Shown in pieces: positions 29,112-37,440 of a stretch of 64,000 nt of DNA. Origin of the DNA: Myxococcota bacterium (GTDB taxonomy: Bacteria; Myxococcota_A; UBA9160; UBA6930); contig OZ245015.1 in the NCBI GenBank assembly GCA_965223705.1, forward strand, positions 320,001 through 384,000, in the 5' to 3' direction. The notes beneath the pieces are model-generated. The model was not told where the DNA came from and made no database searches. It was given only the letters and a program-made list of their open reading frames with translations. Made by a program: the position numbers and the translations under genes. Positions within the stretch are counted from its first letter, which is position 1; each line of letters starts with the position of its first letter.

Positions 29112-31934
29112 ATGAGTCAGTATCCCCCGGCCGACCGATGGGAAGACTGGACGGAGTGGGACGCACGCGCTTGGCCGCGGAAGAAGGCGCGCCGCTACAC
29201 ACTCGTTCCCACGATTTGTTTCAACTGCGAGAGCGCGTGCGGGTTGCTCGCCTACGTCGACCGTGAGACGTTCGAGGTCAAGCGCTTCGAAGGAAACCCA
29301 GCGCACCCGGGGAGCCGCGGTCGCAACTGCGCGAAAGGCCCGGCCACTCACAATCAAATCTACGATCCCGAGCGGATCCTCTACCCGCTGAAGCGCGTCG
29401 GCGCGCGCGGCGAGGGCCGTTGGAAGCGTGTCAGTTGGGGCGAGGTGCTCGACGACCTCTCTGCCCGCATGCGCGCGAGTCGCGAGCGACGGCGCGATGG
29501 CATCGTCTATCACGTGGGTCGCCCGGGCGAGGATCACTACGTCAACCGTGTGATCCAGTCGTGGGGCGTCGACGGTCACAACAGCCACACCAACATCTGC
29601 TCAGCGGGAGCCCGCGCGGGCTACGCGTTTTGGGCTGGTGCGGATCGCCCGAGTCCCGACCACAGTCGCGCCCGAGCCATTCTGCTGATCTCGTCCCACC
29701 TCGAGGCGGGGCACTATTTCAACCCCCACGCGCAGCGGATCATCGAGGGAAAGCACCGCGGTGCGAAGGTCATCACCCTCGACCCGCGTCTGTCGAATAC
29801 CGCGGCGCGCAGCGACGTCTGGTTGCCGACGTGGCCCGGAAGCGAAGTGTCGGTCCTCTTGGCGTTCGCAAACCACCTGATTCAAACCGGGCGCTACGAC
29901 CGCGAGTTCGTTCGGCGATGGGTCAACTGGGAGACGTTTCTCAAAGCGGCTCCGTCCATTCTCCCACCCGGTGAGGCTCGATCGGTCGCAGAAGAAGCGA
30001 ACCGGCGCGAAGAAGGTCTCGAGTTCTCGGACTTCGACCGTCTGCTGAAGTCGCTCTACGGCGAGTTCACCTTCGAACGAGCGGCCCGCGAGGCGGAAGT
30101 CCCGCAGGAACGAATCGAAGAAGCGGCCGAGATCATCGCCAACGCCGGGGACCGATTGGCAGCCCACACCTGGCGCGCCGCCACGATGGGGAACCGCGGG
30201 GGCTGGCAAGTCGCGCGTACGATCTTCTTCTTGAACGTACTGACGGGGTCCGTCGGGACCGAGGGTGGCACGGCGCTCAACAGCTGGAACAAGTTCGTTC
30301 CGAAGGCGCATTCGCAGCCCGATCCGCTGACGTCCTGGAACGAGCTTCACCTTCCCCACGAGTGGCCGCTCGCGATGTACGAGATGTCGTTCCTTCTGCC
30401 GCACTTTCTGGAGGAAGGCCGGGGGGATATCGACGTGTACTTTACGCGCGTCTACAACCCCATGTGGATCAACCCAGACGGTTTTATGTGGCTCGATGCG
30501 CTTCGCGACGAGGAGAAGATCAAGTTCCACGTCGCCCTGACACCGACGTGGAACGAGAGCGCCTGGTTCGCCGACTACGTCCTTCCCATGGGTCATGGCT
30601 CCGAACGTCACGATCTGATGAGTCAGGAAACTCACCAGAGCTCGTGGATCGGCTTCCGCCAACCCGTACGACGCGTCGCCATGGAGCGAATGGGTCGAAC
30701 GGTCGAGCGCACGTACGAAGCCAATCCCGGCGAGGTGTGGGAGGAAGCGGAGTTCTGGATCGATTTGAGTTGGAAGATCGACCCCGACGGTGCCCTCGGA
30801 ATTCGCAAACACTTCGAAAGTCCGAACCGGCCGGGCGAAGCGATCTCAATCGACGAGTACTTCGGCTGGATCTTCGAGAACAGCGTCCCGGGACTTCCCG
30901 AACGCGCGCGCGAAGAAGGGCTCTCGCCGCTTTCGTATATGAAGAAGTACGGCGCTTTCGAAATCTCGCGCGACGAATTCACTCCGTTCGATCGGCGGGT
31001 CGAGCTACCCGCGGGCCATGTCGTGGAATCGGATGGTGTGGTCAAGGACGAGAACGGAGCCACGCTCGGCGTCATGGTGGACGGAACCTGTCGTACGGGT
31101 TTCGCGACGCCGAGCCGGAGGCTCGAGTTCTTCAGTCCGACTCTCGCAGAGTGGGGTTGGAACGAGCGTGACTACGTCATTCCGTGGCCACTCGAGAGTC
31201 ACGTCGGGCCACGGGCGATCGATCGCGCGCGTGGCGAAATGCTCCTCCTGCCGACGTTTCGCTTGCCCACGCTCATTCATACGCGGAGCGCCAACGCGAA
31301 GTGGCTCTACGAGATCAGCCACAAGAACCCGGTTTGGATGCACCCGGACGACGCTGCGCGGGTGGGCGTCGAGACCGGTGACCTCGTGCGCATCGAAACG
31401 GAGATCGGTTGGTTCGTCGATCGCGTGTGGGTGACTCAAGGGATCAAGCCGGGAATCCTCGCGATGAGCCATCACCTCGGCCGTTGGCGTCTCGCCGCGT
31501 CGTCCGGTGTAAGCCAGGGTATGTCGAACCTGGTGACGCTCACCGGGGAAGGGGAGGGCCCGCACGAGCTTCGCGTCGTTCACGGAGCGCGCGCGTTCGA
31601 ATCGACGGATCCCGATACGAGTCGCATTTGGTGGGAAGACGTCGGCGTGCATCAAAACCTCACCCACGCAGTCCACCCCGATCCGATTTCCGGAGCCCAC
31701 TGCTGGCATCAGAAAGTGTTGTCCGTGCGGCGCGCACGAGAAGGCGAACGGCATGGCGATGTCTTCGTCGATACCCGCAAGTCGATGGAGGTCTACCGCG
31801 AGTGGCGCGCACTCTCCCGTTCTGCGGTCGATCACAGTCCCGACGGCACGCGCCGCCCCTACTGGTTGAACCGGCCGCTCAAGCCTACGCGCGAGACGTA
31901 CCGGCTTCCCGAGTTTCCGTGGGGGCGCTCGTGA
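29112..31934 (+). CDS. Molybdopterin (DMSO reductase family) oxidoreductase catalytic subunit; true start may be upstream
   Basis: CFNCESACG...NCAKG FeS motif, RILYPLKR, SHTNICS, ADYVLP, HTRSANAKWLYE, NPVWMHP. Confidence 0.9.
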   Translation: MSQYPPADRWEDWTEWDARAWPRKKARRYTLVPTICFNCESACGLLAYVDRETFEVKRFEGNPAHPGSRGRNCAKGPATHNQIYDPERILYPLKRVGARGEGRWKRVSWGEVLDDLSARMRASRERRRDGIVYHVGRPGEDHYVNRVIQSWGVDGHNSHTNICSAGARAGYAFWAGADRPSPDHSRARAILLISSHLEAGHYFNPHAQRIIEGKHRGAKVITLDPRLSNTAARSDVWLPTWPGSEVSVLLAFANHLIQTGRYDREFVRRWVNWETFLKAAPSILPPGEARSVAEEANRREEGLEFSDFDRLLKSLYGEFTFERAAREAEVPQERIEEAAEIIANAGDRLAAHTWRAATMGNRGGWQVARTIFFLNVLTGSVGTEGGTALNSWNKFVPKAHSQPDPLTSWNELHLPHEWPLAMYEMSFLLPHFLEEGRGDIDVYFTRVYNPMWINPDGFMWLDALRDEEKIKFHVALTPTWNESAWFADYVLPMGHGSERHDLMSQETHQSSWIGFRQPVRRVAMERMGRTVERTYEANPGEVWEEAEFWIDLSWKIDPDGALGIRKHFESPNRPGEAISIDEYFGWIFENSVPGLPERAREEGLSPLSYMKKYGAFEISRDEFTPFDRRVELPAGHVVESDGVVKDENGATLGVMVDGTCRTGFATPSRRLEFFSPTLAEWGWNERDYVIPWPLESHVGPRAIDRARGEMLLLPTFRLPTLIHTRSANAKWLYEISHKNPVWMHPDDAARVGVETGDLVRIETEIGWFVDRVWVTQGIKPGILAMSHHLGRWRLAASSGVSQGMSNLVTLTGEGEGPHELRVVHGARAFESTDPDTSRIWWEDVGVHQNLTHAVHPDPISGAHCWHQKVLSVRRAREGERHGDVFVDTRKSMEVYREWRALSRSAVDHSPDGTRRPYWLNRPLKPTRETYRLPEFPWGRS

Positions 31935-32806
31935 CCTTGCGGGCCGCTTACGGACTGCTGGCCGAGCTACTCGAGTGGGGCCCCGTCCCGCGCCTTCGAC
32001 CGTTCGCCGAGGCGAGCCCGGCCCTGTGCCGCGCGCTGGCCGATGCGGAACAGGACGAACTCGAAGTGGCACACACCCAGGCGTTTGCCTTCCACGTGTT
32101 TCCTTTCGCCGGTGTGTTCCTGCACGAAAGCGGCCAGGCGGGCGCGGGCGCCTCGAAGTTGCTCGAAGCGTACCGGCAGGTCGCTTTCGATCCCTGCGAC
32201 GCGGCGCCAGGGCTCGATCATCTATCGACATTGTTGCGGGCCCTCGCGCAAGCGCACCGTGACACCGAGAGCGTCCGTCATCTGATCGACCACCACGTGT
32301 TGTCCTGGCTGCCGGTATGGGTCGATGCGGTGAGGCGACTCGATCTCGCGTGGCCAGCGGCGCTCGCGACGCAGATCGAAGAACTCGTTACCCACCACCG
32401 AGAAGCTCTCGGCCCGGGTGCGACGGAAGGGCCGCTCGGGTTACCGGTTCTTCCCGATCTCGAAGCGCGCGACACGGATTTTCAGCGGATCGCGTCCGCT
32501 CTGACGACGCCGGCGATCGCGGGTGCATTCCTGAGTCGACATGATCTGACGACGATCGCGCGGGGTCTGGAGATCCCGACGGGGTTCGGATCGCGGGTAG
32601 ATCTGCTTGCCAATACGATGGGCGGCGCCGTTCAGTACGAAAAGTTCCCCGAGCTTCTGCACAGAATCCGCGCGGTCTTTCTCGAAACGCGACAAGCGAT
32701 TTCCGCGAGTTCGAGTAGCCGCCCCGAGAGTTGGACCGCACGGATGGATGCGTCGATGGCCATGTTGTCCCGACTCGGCGATGCCGCGCCGTCGGCGGCG
32801 GCGTGA
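31931..32806 (+). CDS. TorD/DmsD-family molybdoenzyme chaperone
   Basis: GTGA overlap; FPFAGVFL, DHLSTLL, HHVLSWLPVW. Confidence 0.75.
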   Translation: MTLRAAYGLLAELLEWGPVPRLRPFAEASPALCRALADAEQDELEVAHTQAFAFHVFPFAGVFLHESGQAGAGASKLLEAYRQVAFDPCDAAPGLDHLSTLLRALAQAHRDTESVRHLIDHHVLSWLPVWVDAVRRLDLAWPAALATQIEELVTHHREALGPGATEGPLGLPVLPDLEARDTDFQRIASALTTPAIAGAFLSRHDLTTIARGLEIPTGFGSRVDLLANTMGGAVQYEKFPELLHRIRAVFLETRQAISASSSSRPESWTARMDASMAMLSRLGDAAPSAAA

Positions 32807-34728
32807 CGGACAAGCAAAGTCGGTCGAGTATCTTCGCAGCGGATCTCGTGGCGGGCGTATCGGTCGCGCTCATCTTGATTCCCCAGGGCCTGGCGTACGC
32901 CGAGCTCGCGGGAATGCCTCCGATCAACGGGCTGTACGCGGCGGCGTTGCCGCCGCTCGTCGCCGCCGCCTTTGCGTCGTCGCCTTGGTTGCAGACGGGC
33001 CCGGTTGCGCTCACAGCGTTGTTGACTTTCGGTGCGCTGTCCGCGCGCGCCGTCCCGGGGTCGAGCGATTACATCGGACAAGCCGCGCTCTTGGCGCTGG
33101 TCGTCGGCGTGTCGCGAATTCTCATCGGAGCACTCCGCGCCGGGGCCGTCACCTACCTGATGTCTCACGCCGTACTTCGGGGCTTCACGTTGGGAGCGGC
33201 GCTCCTCATCGCGGCTTCTCAGGTACCCGCAATCGTCGGCGCCGATCCCGCGGTTTCGGGCCTCATCGCTCGGGCCGGGAGCGCGCTGACTTCTCCGGGT
33301 TCGTGGAACCTTCCGGCGTTGGCCTTCGGCGCGCTCACCGTGGGATGTGTCGTCGGTGGCCGCTGGATCCACCCGCTGTTCCCAGGCCTCCTGCTCGCTG
33401 TCGCTGCGAGTACGGCCTTGTCTACGATGACGGGATACAGCGGACTGCGCGTTGGAGACATACCCGCAGGCTTTCCCGAGATTTCGTTGTCGCTTCCCTT
33501 TCACGAGCTCCCCTATCTGGTCTTCCCCGGAATGGTGATCGCGCTGGTGGGCTTCGCCGAGGCGGCATCGATTTCGCAGACCTTCGCCGAGCGAGAACAA
33601 CGCCCCTGGAATCCCAACCGGGAGTTCGTCAGCCAAGGCGCCGCAAATGTGGCCGCCGCATTGTCGGGCGCGTTTCCGGTCGGCGGCTCGTTTTCTCGAA
33701 GCGCGATCAACCATTTGGCCGGTGCGCGTACCCGTGCCGCGGGCGGTGTGACCGGGCTCGCCGTGCTCGCGATGCTTCCGTTCATGGCATTGTTGACGGC
33801 GCTTCCCAAAGCGGTTCTCGGTGTCGCGATCGTCGTGGCGATCCGGAATCTCATGGATCCCCGTCCACTGTTCGAACTCTGGCGATTGAGTCCCCTCCAA
33901 GGTGCCGTGGGCTTCGTGACTTTCGCGATGACCCTGATCTTCGCGCCGCGCGTCGAGCTCGCGGTGGTCTCGGGAGTGGCTATTGCGATCGCCGTCCACC
34001 TCTGGCGCGAGAGCCGCCAGGAATACGACGTGGAGCGGGTCGAACACCAACTCACGATCCGCCCCATGGGCGTGATGTGGTTCGGCTCGGCTCCGATTTT
34101 TCGGCGGGCACTGACGCGTTACTTGCGAGAGTCGCCGCCGGGAATTCGCTCGCTGGTGATCGATCTATCCGGTGTGGGCCGCCTCGATCTATCGGCTGCC
34201 TTCGCGCTTCGCGCGGCAATCGAGGCGGCGGAAGTGCGAGACGTGCGGGTGGCGCTTGCGAACGTGCCTCCCCAGCTCGAACGTATTGTCGAGCGTGTGT
34301 GTCCGGGTACGTCCGTGATTCACACCGCGACGCTCCCGACGCCACTCCTTCACAACCCAGAGGAAACAACCATGCCCATTGCCCCGAGTGAACTCGTCGC
34401 CCGCGCGAAGTCCGAAGTGCGAACGATCGATGCCGCCACCGCGGCGCGCGAAATCAAGTCCAATCCGAAGGCCTTGGTTCTAGACGTTCGCGAACCTTAC
34501 GAGCAGGAAGAAGGCACGGTACCCGGAGCCGAGTGTGTTCCTCGAGGCCTTCTCGAATCGAAGATCGGCAGCCTCTGTTCGTCCGCCGATCAAGAGATCC
34601 TGATCTACTGCGCCGCTGGCAATCGAGCGGCCCTCGCGGCGAAAACCCTCGTCGATATGGGTTACCCACGCGCCACGTGCATCGATAGCCCCTTCGCGGA
34701 ACTCAACGCCGCCGTCCGCGAACTGTGA
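32803..34728 (+). CDS. SulP/SLC26 anion transporter-STAS fused in frame to a rhodanese domain
   Basis: DLVAGVSVALILIPQGLAYAELAG, GLY, GGSFSRS; STAS LVIDLSGV..LD; rhodanese LDVREP, YCAAGNRA. Confidence 0.88.
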   Translation: MTDKQSRSSIFAADLVAGVSVALILIPQGLAYAELAGMPPINGLYAAALPPLVAAAFASSPWLQTGPVALTALLTFGALSARAVPGSSDYIGQAALLALVVGVSRILIGALRAGAVTYLMSHAVLRGFTLGAALLIAASQVPAIVGADPAVSGLIARAGSALTSPGSWNLPALAFGALTVGCVVGGRWIHPLFPGLLLAVAASTALSTMTGYSGLRVGDIPAGFPEISLSLPFHELPYLVFPGMVIALVGFAEAASISQTFAEREQRPWNPNREFVSQGAANVAAALSGAFPVGGSFSRSAINHLAGARTRAAGGVTGLAVLAMLPFMALLTALPKAVLGVAIVVAIRNLMDPRPLFELWRLSPLQGAVGFVTFAMTLIFAPRVELAVVSGVAIAIAVHLWRESRQEYDVERVEHQLTIRPMGVMWFGSAPIFRRALTRYLRESPPGIRSLVIDLSGVGRLDLSAAFALRAAIEAAEVRDVRVALANVPPQLERIVERVCPGTSVIHTATLPTPLLHNPEETTMPIAPSELVARAKSEVRTIDAATAAREIKSNPKALVLDVREPYEQEEGTVPGAECVPRGLLESKIGSLCSSADQEILIYCAAGNRAALAAKTLVDMGYPRATCIDSPFAELNAAVREL

Positions 34729-35500
34729 ACTGCGGAAGAACGAAGAGGTAGTCGCCGCTTTCTCGGGCGGCATGGATACGAGCGCGGAAGTCGTCAGCGC
34801 GCGCTTTGTCGATGTTGTCGAACTTCTCGGCGTAGTCGAGCATGTTGTCGAGCACGGTCTGCAAGAAGCCCTTCTGGTCGACGACGGCGTTTACCCGGAC
34901 ATCGACGTCGATGAGGCCCGCTCGGCGAAAGGCGCCGGCCAAGCGGCGGCCGACGTAGGGCTCCCGAAACGCCGGCGCCGCCGCGACAAAAAGCTCTCGC
35001 ACTTCGTCGGGGGTGAGCGGTTCCGCCACGACGAAACCCCAGTCGCTGTCCACCGCCACTAGCAGCCCGCCGCTGTCGAGGACGCGGACGAGCTCCGCAA
35101 GCGTCGCGTCGAGGTCGGGTACGTATTCGAGGACGTTTTTCGCGAGCGCGCGATCGACGGAGTGGTCTGGAAGCGGGAGCGAATCGTCGGTCACGTGGTG
35201 AATGGTGGTGTAGCCTTCCGATCCCGCGCTTCGCGCAACTTCGCGCGCGCGCGCGACAAAGTCGGCATTGAGATCGACGCCCTGGACGCAGCCGCTCTCT
35301 CCCACGTGACGCGCTAGGTGTGCGGCGATATGCCCAGGCCCACATCCGAAATCGAGAACACGCAAGCCGGGGCGGAGCTCGAGAGGCGCCAGCAGCTTAT
35401 CGGCACGGTCGGGCTCGAGCGCGAACAGATCGTCGTAGCGGGCCAACCGCTCGGGGGCGATTTCGATCCAGTGGTCCCGGAAATAGTGCGTTCGGTCCAC
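34703..35500 (-). CDS. Class I SAM-dependent methyltransferase
   Basis: AGGAGG then GTG 35500; VLDFGCGPG, DSDWG. Confidence 0.88.
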   Translation of the reverse strand: MDRTHYFRDHWIEIAPERLARYDDLFALEPDRADKLLAPLELRPGLRVLDFGCGPGHIAAHLARHVGESGCVQGVDLNADFVARAREVARSAGSEGYTTIHHVTDDSLPLPDHSVDRALAKNVLEYVPDLDATLAELVRVLDSGGLLVAVDSDWGFVVAEPLTPDEVRELFVAAAPAFREPYVGRRLAGAFRRAGLIDVDVRVNAVVDQKGFLQTVLDNMLDYAEKFDNIDKARADDFRARIHAARESGDYLFVLPQFTVRGRRR

Positions 35501-35508
35501 AAGCCCTC

Positions 35509-36270
35509 CTAGCGACGGGCGTAGAGCATTCCCGTCCTCGCTTGACCGTCCCAGCGAATGTCGACCGCGAAGCCGCGGTTGATGAGAAGCGCCGCGATCT
35601 CCTGGTGCGAAACAGGCGAGGTATCGTCGTGAAATTCCATGGCGATCTTGCGGATTCGCGCGAGCGTCTCGGCAGACGTCGCGGGGAGAAAGAGCCCTTC
35701 TGCGCCTTCGCAATCGATCTTCAGAAAATCGACCGTCGCGAGCCCCGCTTCGTCGAGGACGGTGTCCAGTGGAACGCCCGCTACCTCGAGCACGTTGCCC
35801 GGGACGACGTCCCGGCCTCCCGCGAACAGTTGATGCGTCGTTCCACTGTGACCCGGAAAGAGCTTGACCGTACCCGGGTGGTCGGTGACGGCGTAGGGAA
35901 GCACGCGAACGTCGCGACAATCGTTTGCTTCGAGATTCATGTCGAGGAACCGCCGATTTTCGGGGTGGGGCTCGACGGCGACCACCGGTCCTCGTGTGCG
36001 CTGCGCGGCGAACACCGTGAAGCTGCCGAAGTTCGCACCGATGTCGACAACGGCATCTTGCGAGCCGATGGAGTATCCGCGCGGTGTGTACACGTGCTTG
36101 AAAAACACGCCCGCGACGGGACGCACGACGTTCGTATCGCGTGGCGACTGAAAGCGGGTGTCGTCGCGCATGACCAAGTGCGTCGGCTTTTCACCGCTGC
36201 GGGTGGCTCGGGTGATCTCCCGCCAGTTCCGAAAACGCCGCGCGTACCGCAGGGTGCGAGCTAGGGGCAT
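35509..36270 (-). CDS. FkbM family methyltransferase
   Basis: VVDIGANFG, AVEP, LKIDCEGAE. Confidence 0.92.
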   Translation of the reverse strand: MPLARTLRYARRFRNWREITRATRSGEKPTHLVMRDDTRFQSPRDTNVVRPVAGVFFKHVYTPRGYSIGSQDAVVDIGANFGSFTVFAAQRTRGPVVAVEPHPENRRFLDMNLEANDCRDVRVLPYAVTDHPGTVKLFPGHSGTTHQLFAGGRDVVPGNVLEVAGVPLDTVLDEAGLATVDFLKIDCEGAEGLFLPATSAETLARIRKIAMEFHDDTSPVSHQEIAALLINRGFAVDIRWDGQARTGMLYARR

Positions 36271-37418
36271 CAGGTTTCTGCCCGCTGTGCCGCGTTCTCT
36301 TCGGGTTCCGCGGCGGTGTGGGCGTGGGGGAGGAGGTTCCAGTAGAGGGATTCGAGCTGCTCCGCGATTCGCGGCCAGACGCGCTCTTGGGAAACCGCGA
36401 GTGCGCCTTCGCCGAGTTGTCGTCGCTCTTCGGGATGGTCCATCAATCGTGCGAGTGCGGTCGCCAGGGCATCGAGATCGTCGGGTGGAACCAATCGCGC
36501 GGCTTGCCCCGAAGCAGCGCCCTCCGCAATCGCGCCGACATCACTCGCGATGATGGGGATGCCACGCGCTTGGAGCTCGAGCATGGCTCCGGGGATCATG
36601 TCTTTGCGTGAGGGAACGACACCGATGCTCGCCTCGCGAAACAAGCGCTCCTTCTGCTCGCCGGAAACATGACCGGGTAGGAAGATGCGACCGCCGTTGC
36701 GAAGGCGCCCCGCGAGTTTCCGCAAACGTCGCAGCTCGCGACCCTCACCGGCGACGACGAGTTGCCAGTTCGGGCGCTCGCTCGCGATGCGATCGAACGC
36801 CTGCATCAGCACGTCGAACCCTTTGCTCGTCACGATGCGACCCAAAGCGAAGATCACTGCGCGTTGCTGCTCGGGATCGCGGCGGATCACACGATCGACG
36901 CCGTTCCATACGACGTGGACGCGATCGGACGGCGCGCCGGCCTCGATGGCGCGCTCGGCACTCCACGCGGTCGGCGCGACGATGGCATCGAGCGCCGGCA
37001 GAGCGGCTCGGCCGAGACGGCGTGGGTAGTGGCCCTGGGAACCCGTGTGAGGGGTCGCGACGAGGGCGGGTCGGTCAAAAGCCCACCGGACGGCGCGCAT
37101 CGGCAGGATGACCGCACCGTGGGGTTGCGAGGCGTGGAAGTGAATCACGTCTGCGCGGATACGCCGCTGCAGCGCGAGGAGAAACGGGAGCTGCCCGACG
37201 TGGCCAATGCGCGCCGGCCACGGGTGGATCACGACGTCGTCGACCGGTTCGGGAGGGCCTCCGTCCCGCGCGCGACCTGCGAAGTGGATCGCGTGGCCGC
37301 GAGCCGCGAGCGCCTTTGCCGCACCGGACGTGACCCGCCCGATCCCGCCCCGCCAGCGGTGCTCGAGTTTCGAGAGCACGTAGAGGATTCGCATGGGCTG
37401 TCGGGCCGCGGTGGTCAT
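36270..37418 (-). CDS. Glycosyltransferase family 4
   Basis: GGIGR, VVWNGVD, LGRIVTSKGFD, PIIASDVG. Confidence 0.88.
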   Translation of the reverse strand: MTTAARQPMRILYVLSKLEHRWRGGIGRVTSGAAKALAARGHAIHFAGRARDGGPPEPVDDVVIHPWPARIGHVGQLPFLLALQRRIRADVIHFHASQPHGAVILPMRAVRWAFDRPALVATPHTGSQGHYPRRLGRAALPALDAIVAPTAWSAERAIEAGAPSDRVHVVWNGVDRVIRRDPEQQRAVIFALGRIVTSKGFDVLMQAFDRIASERPNWQLVVAGEGRELRRLRKLAGRLRNGGRIFLPGHVSGEQKERLFREASIGVVPSRKDMIPGAMLELQARGIPIIASDVGAIAEGAASGQAARLVPPDDLDALATALARLMDHPEERRQLGEGALAVSQERVWPRIAEQLESLYWNLLPHAHTAAEPEENAAQRAET

Positions 37419-37440
37419 GACCCATGAACTATAGACCGCC

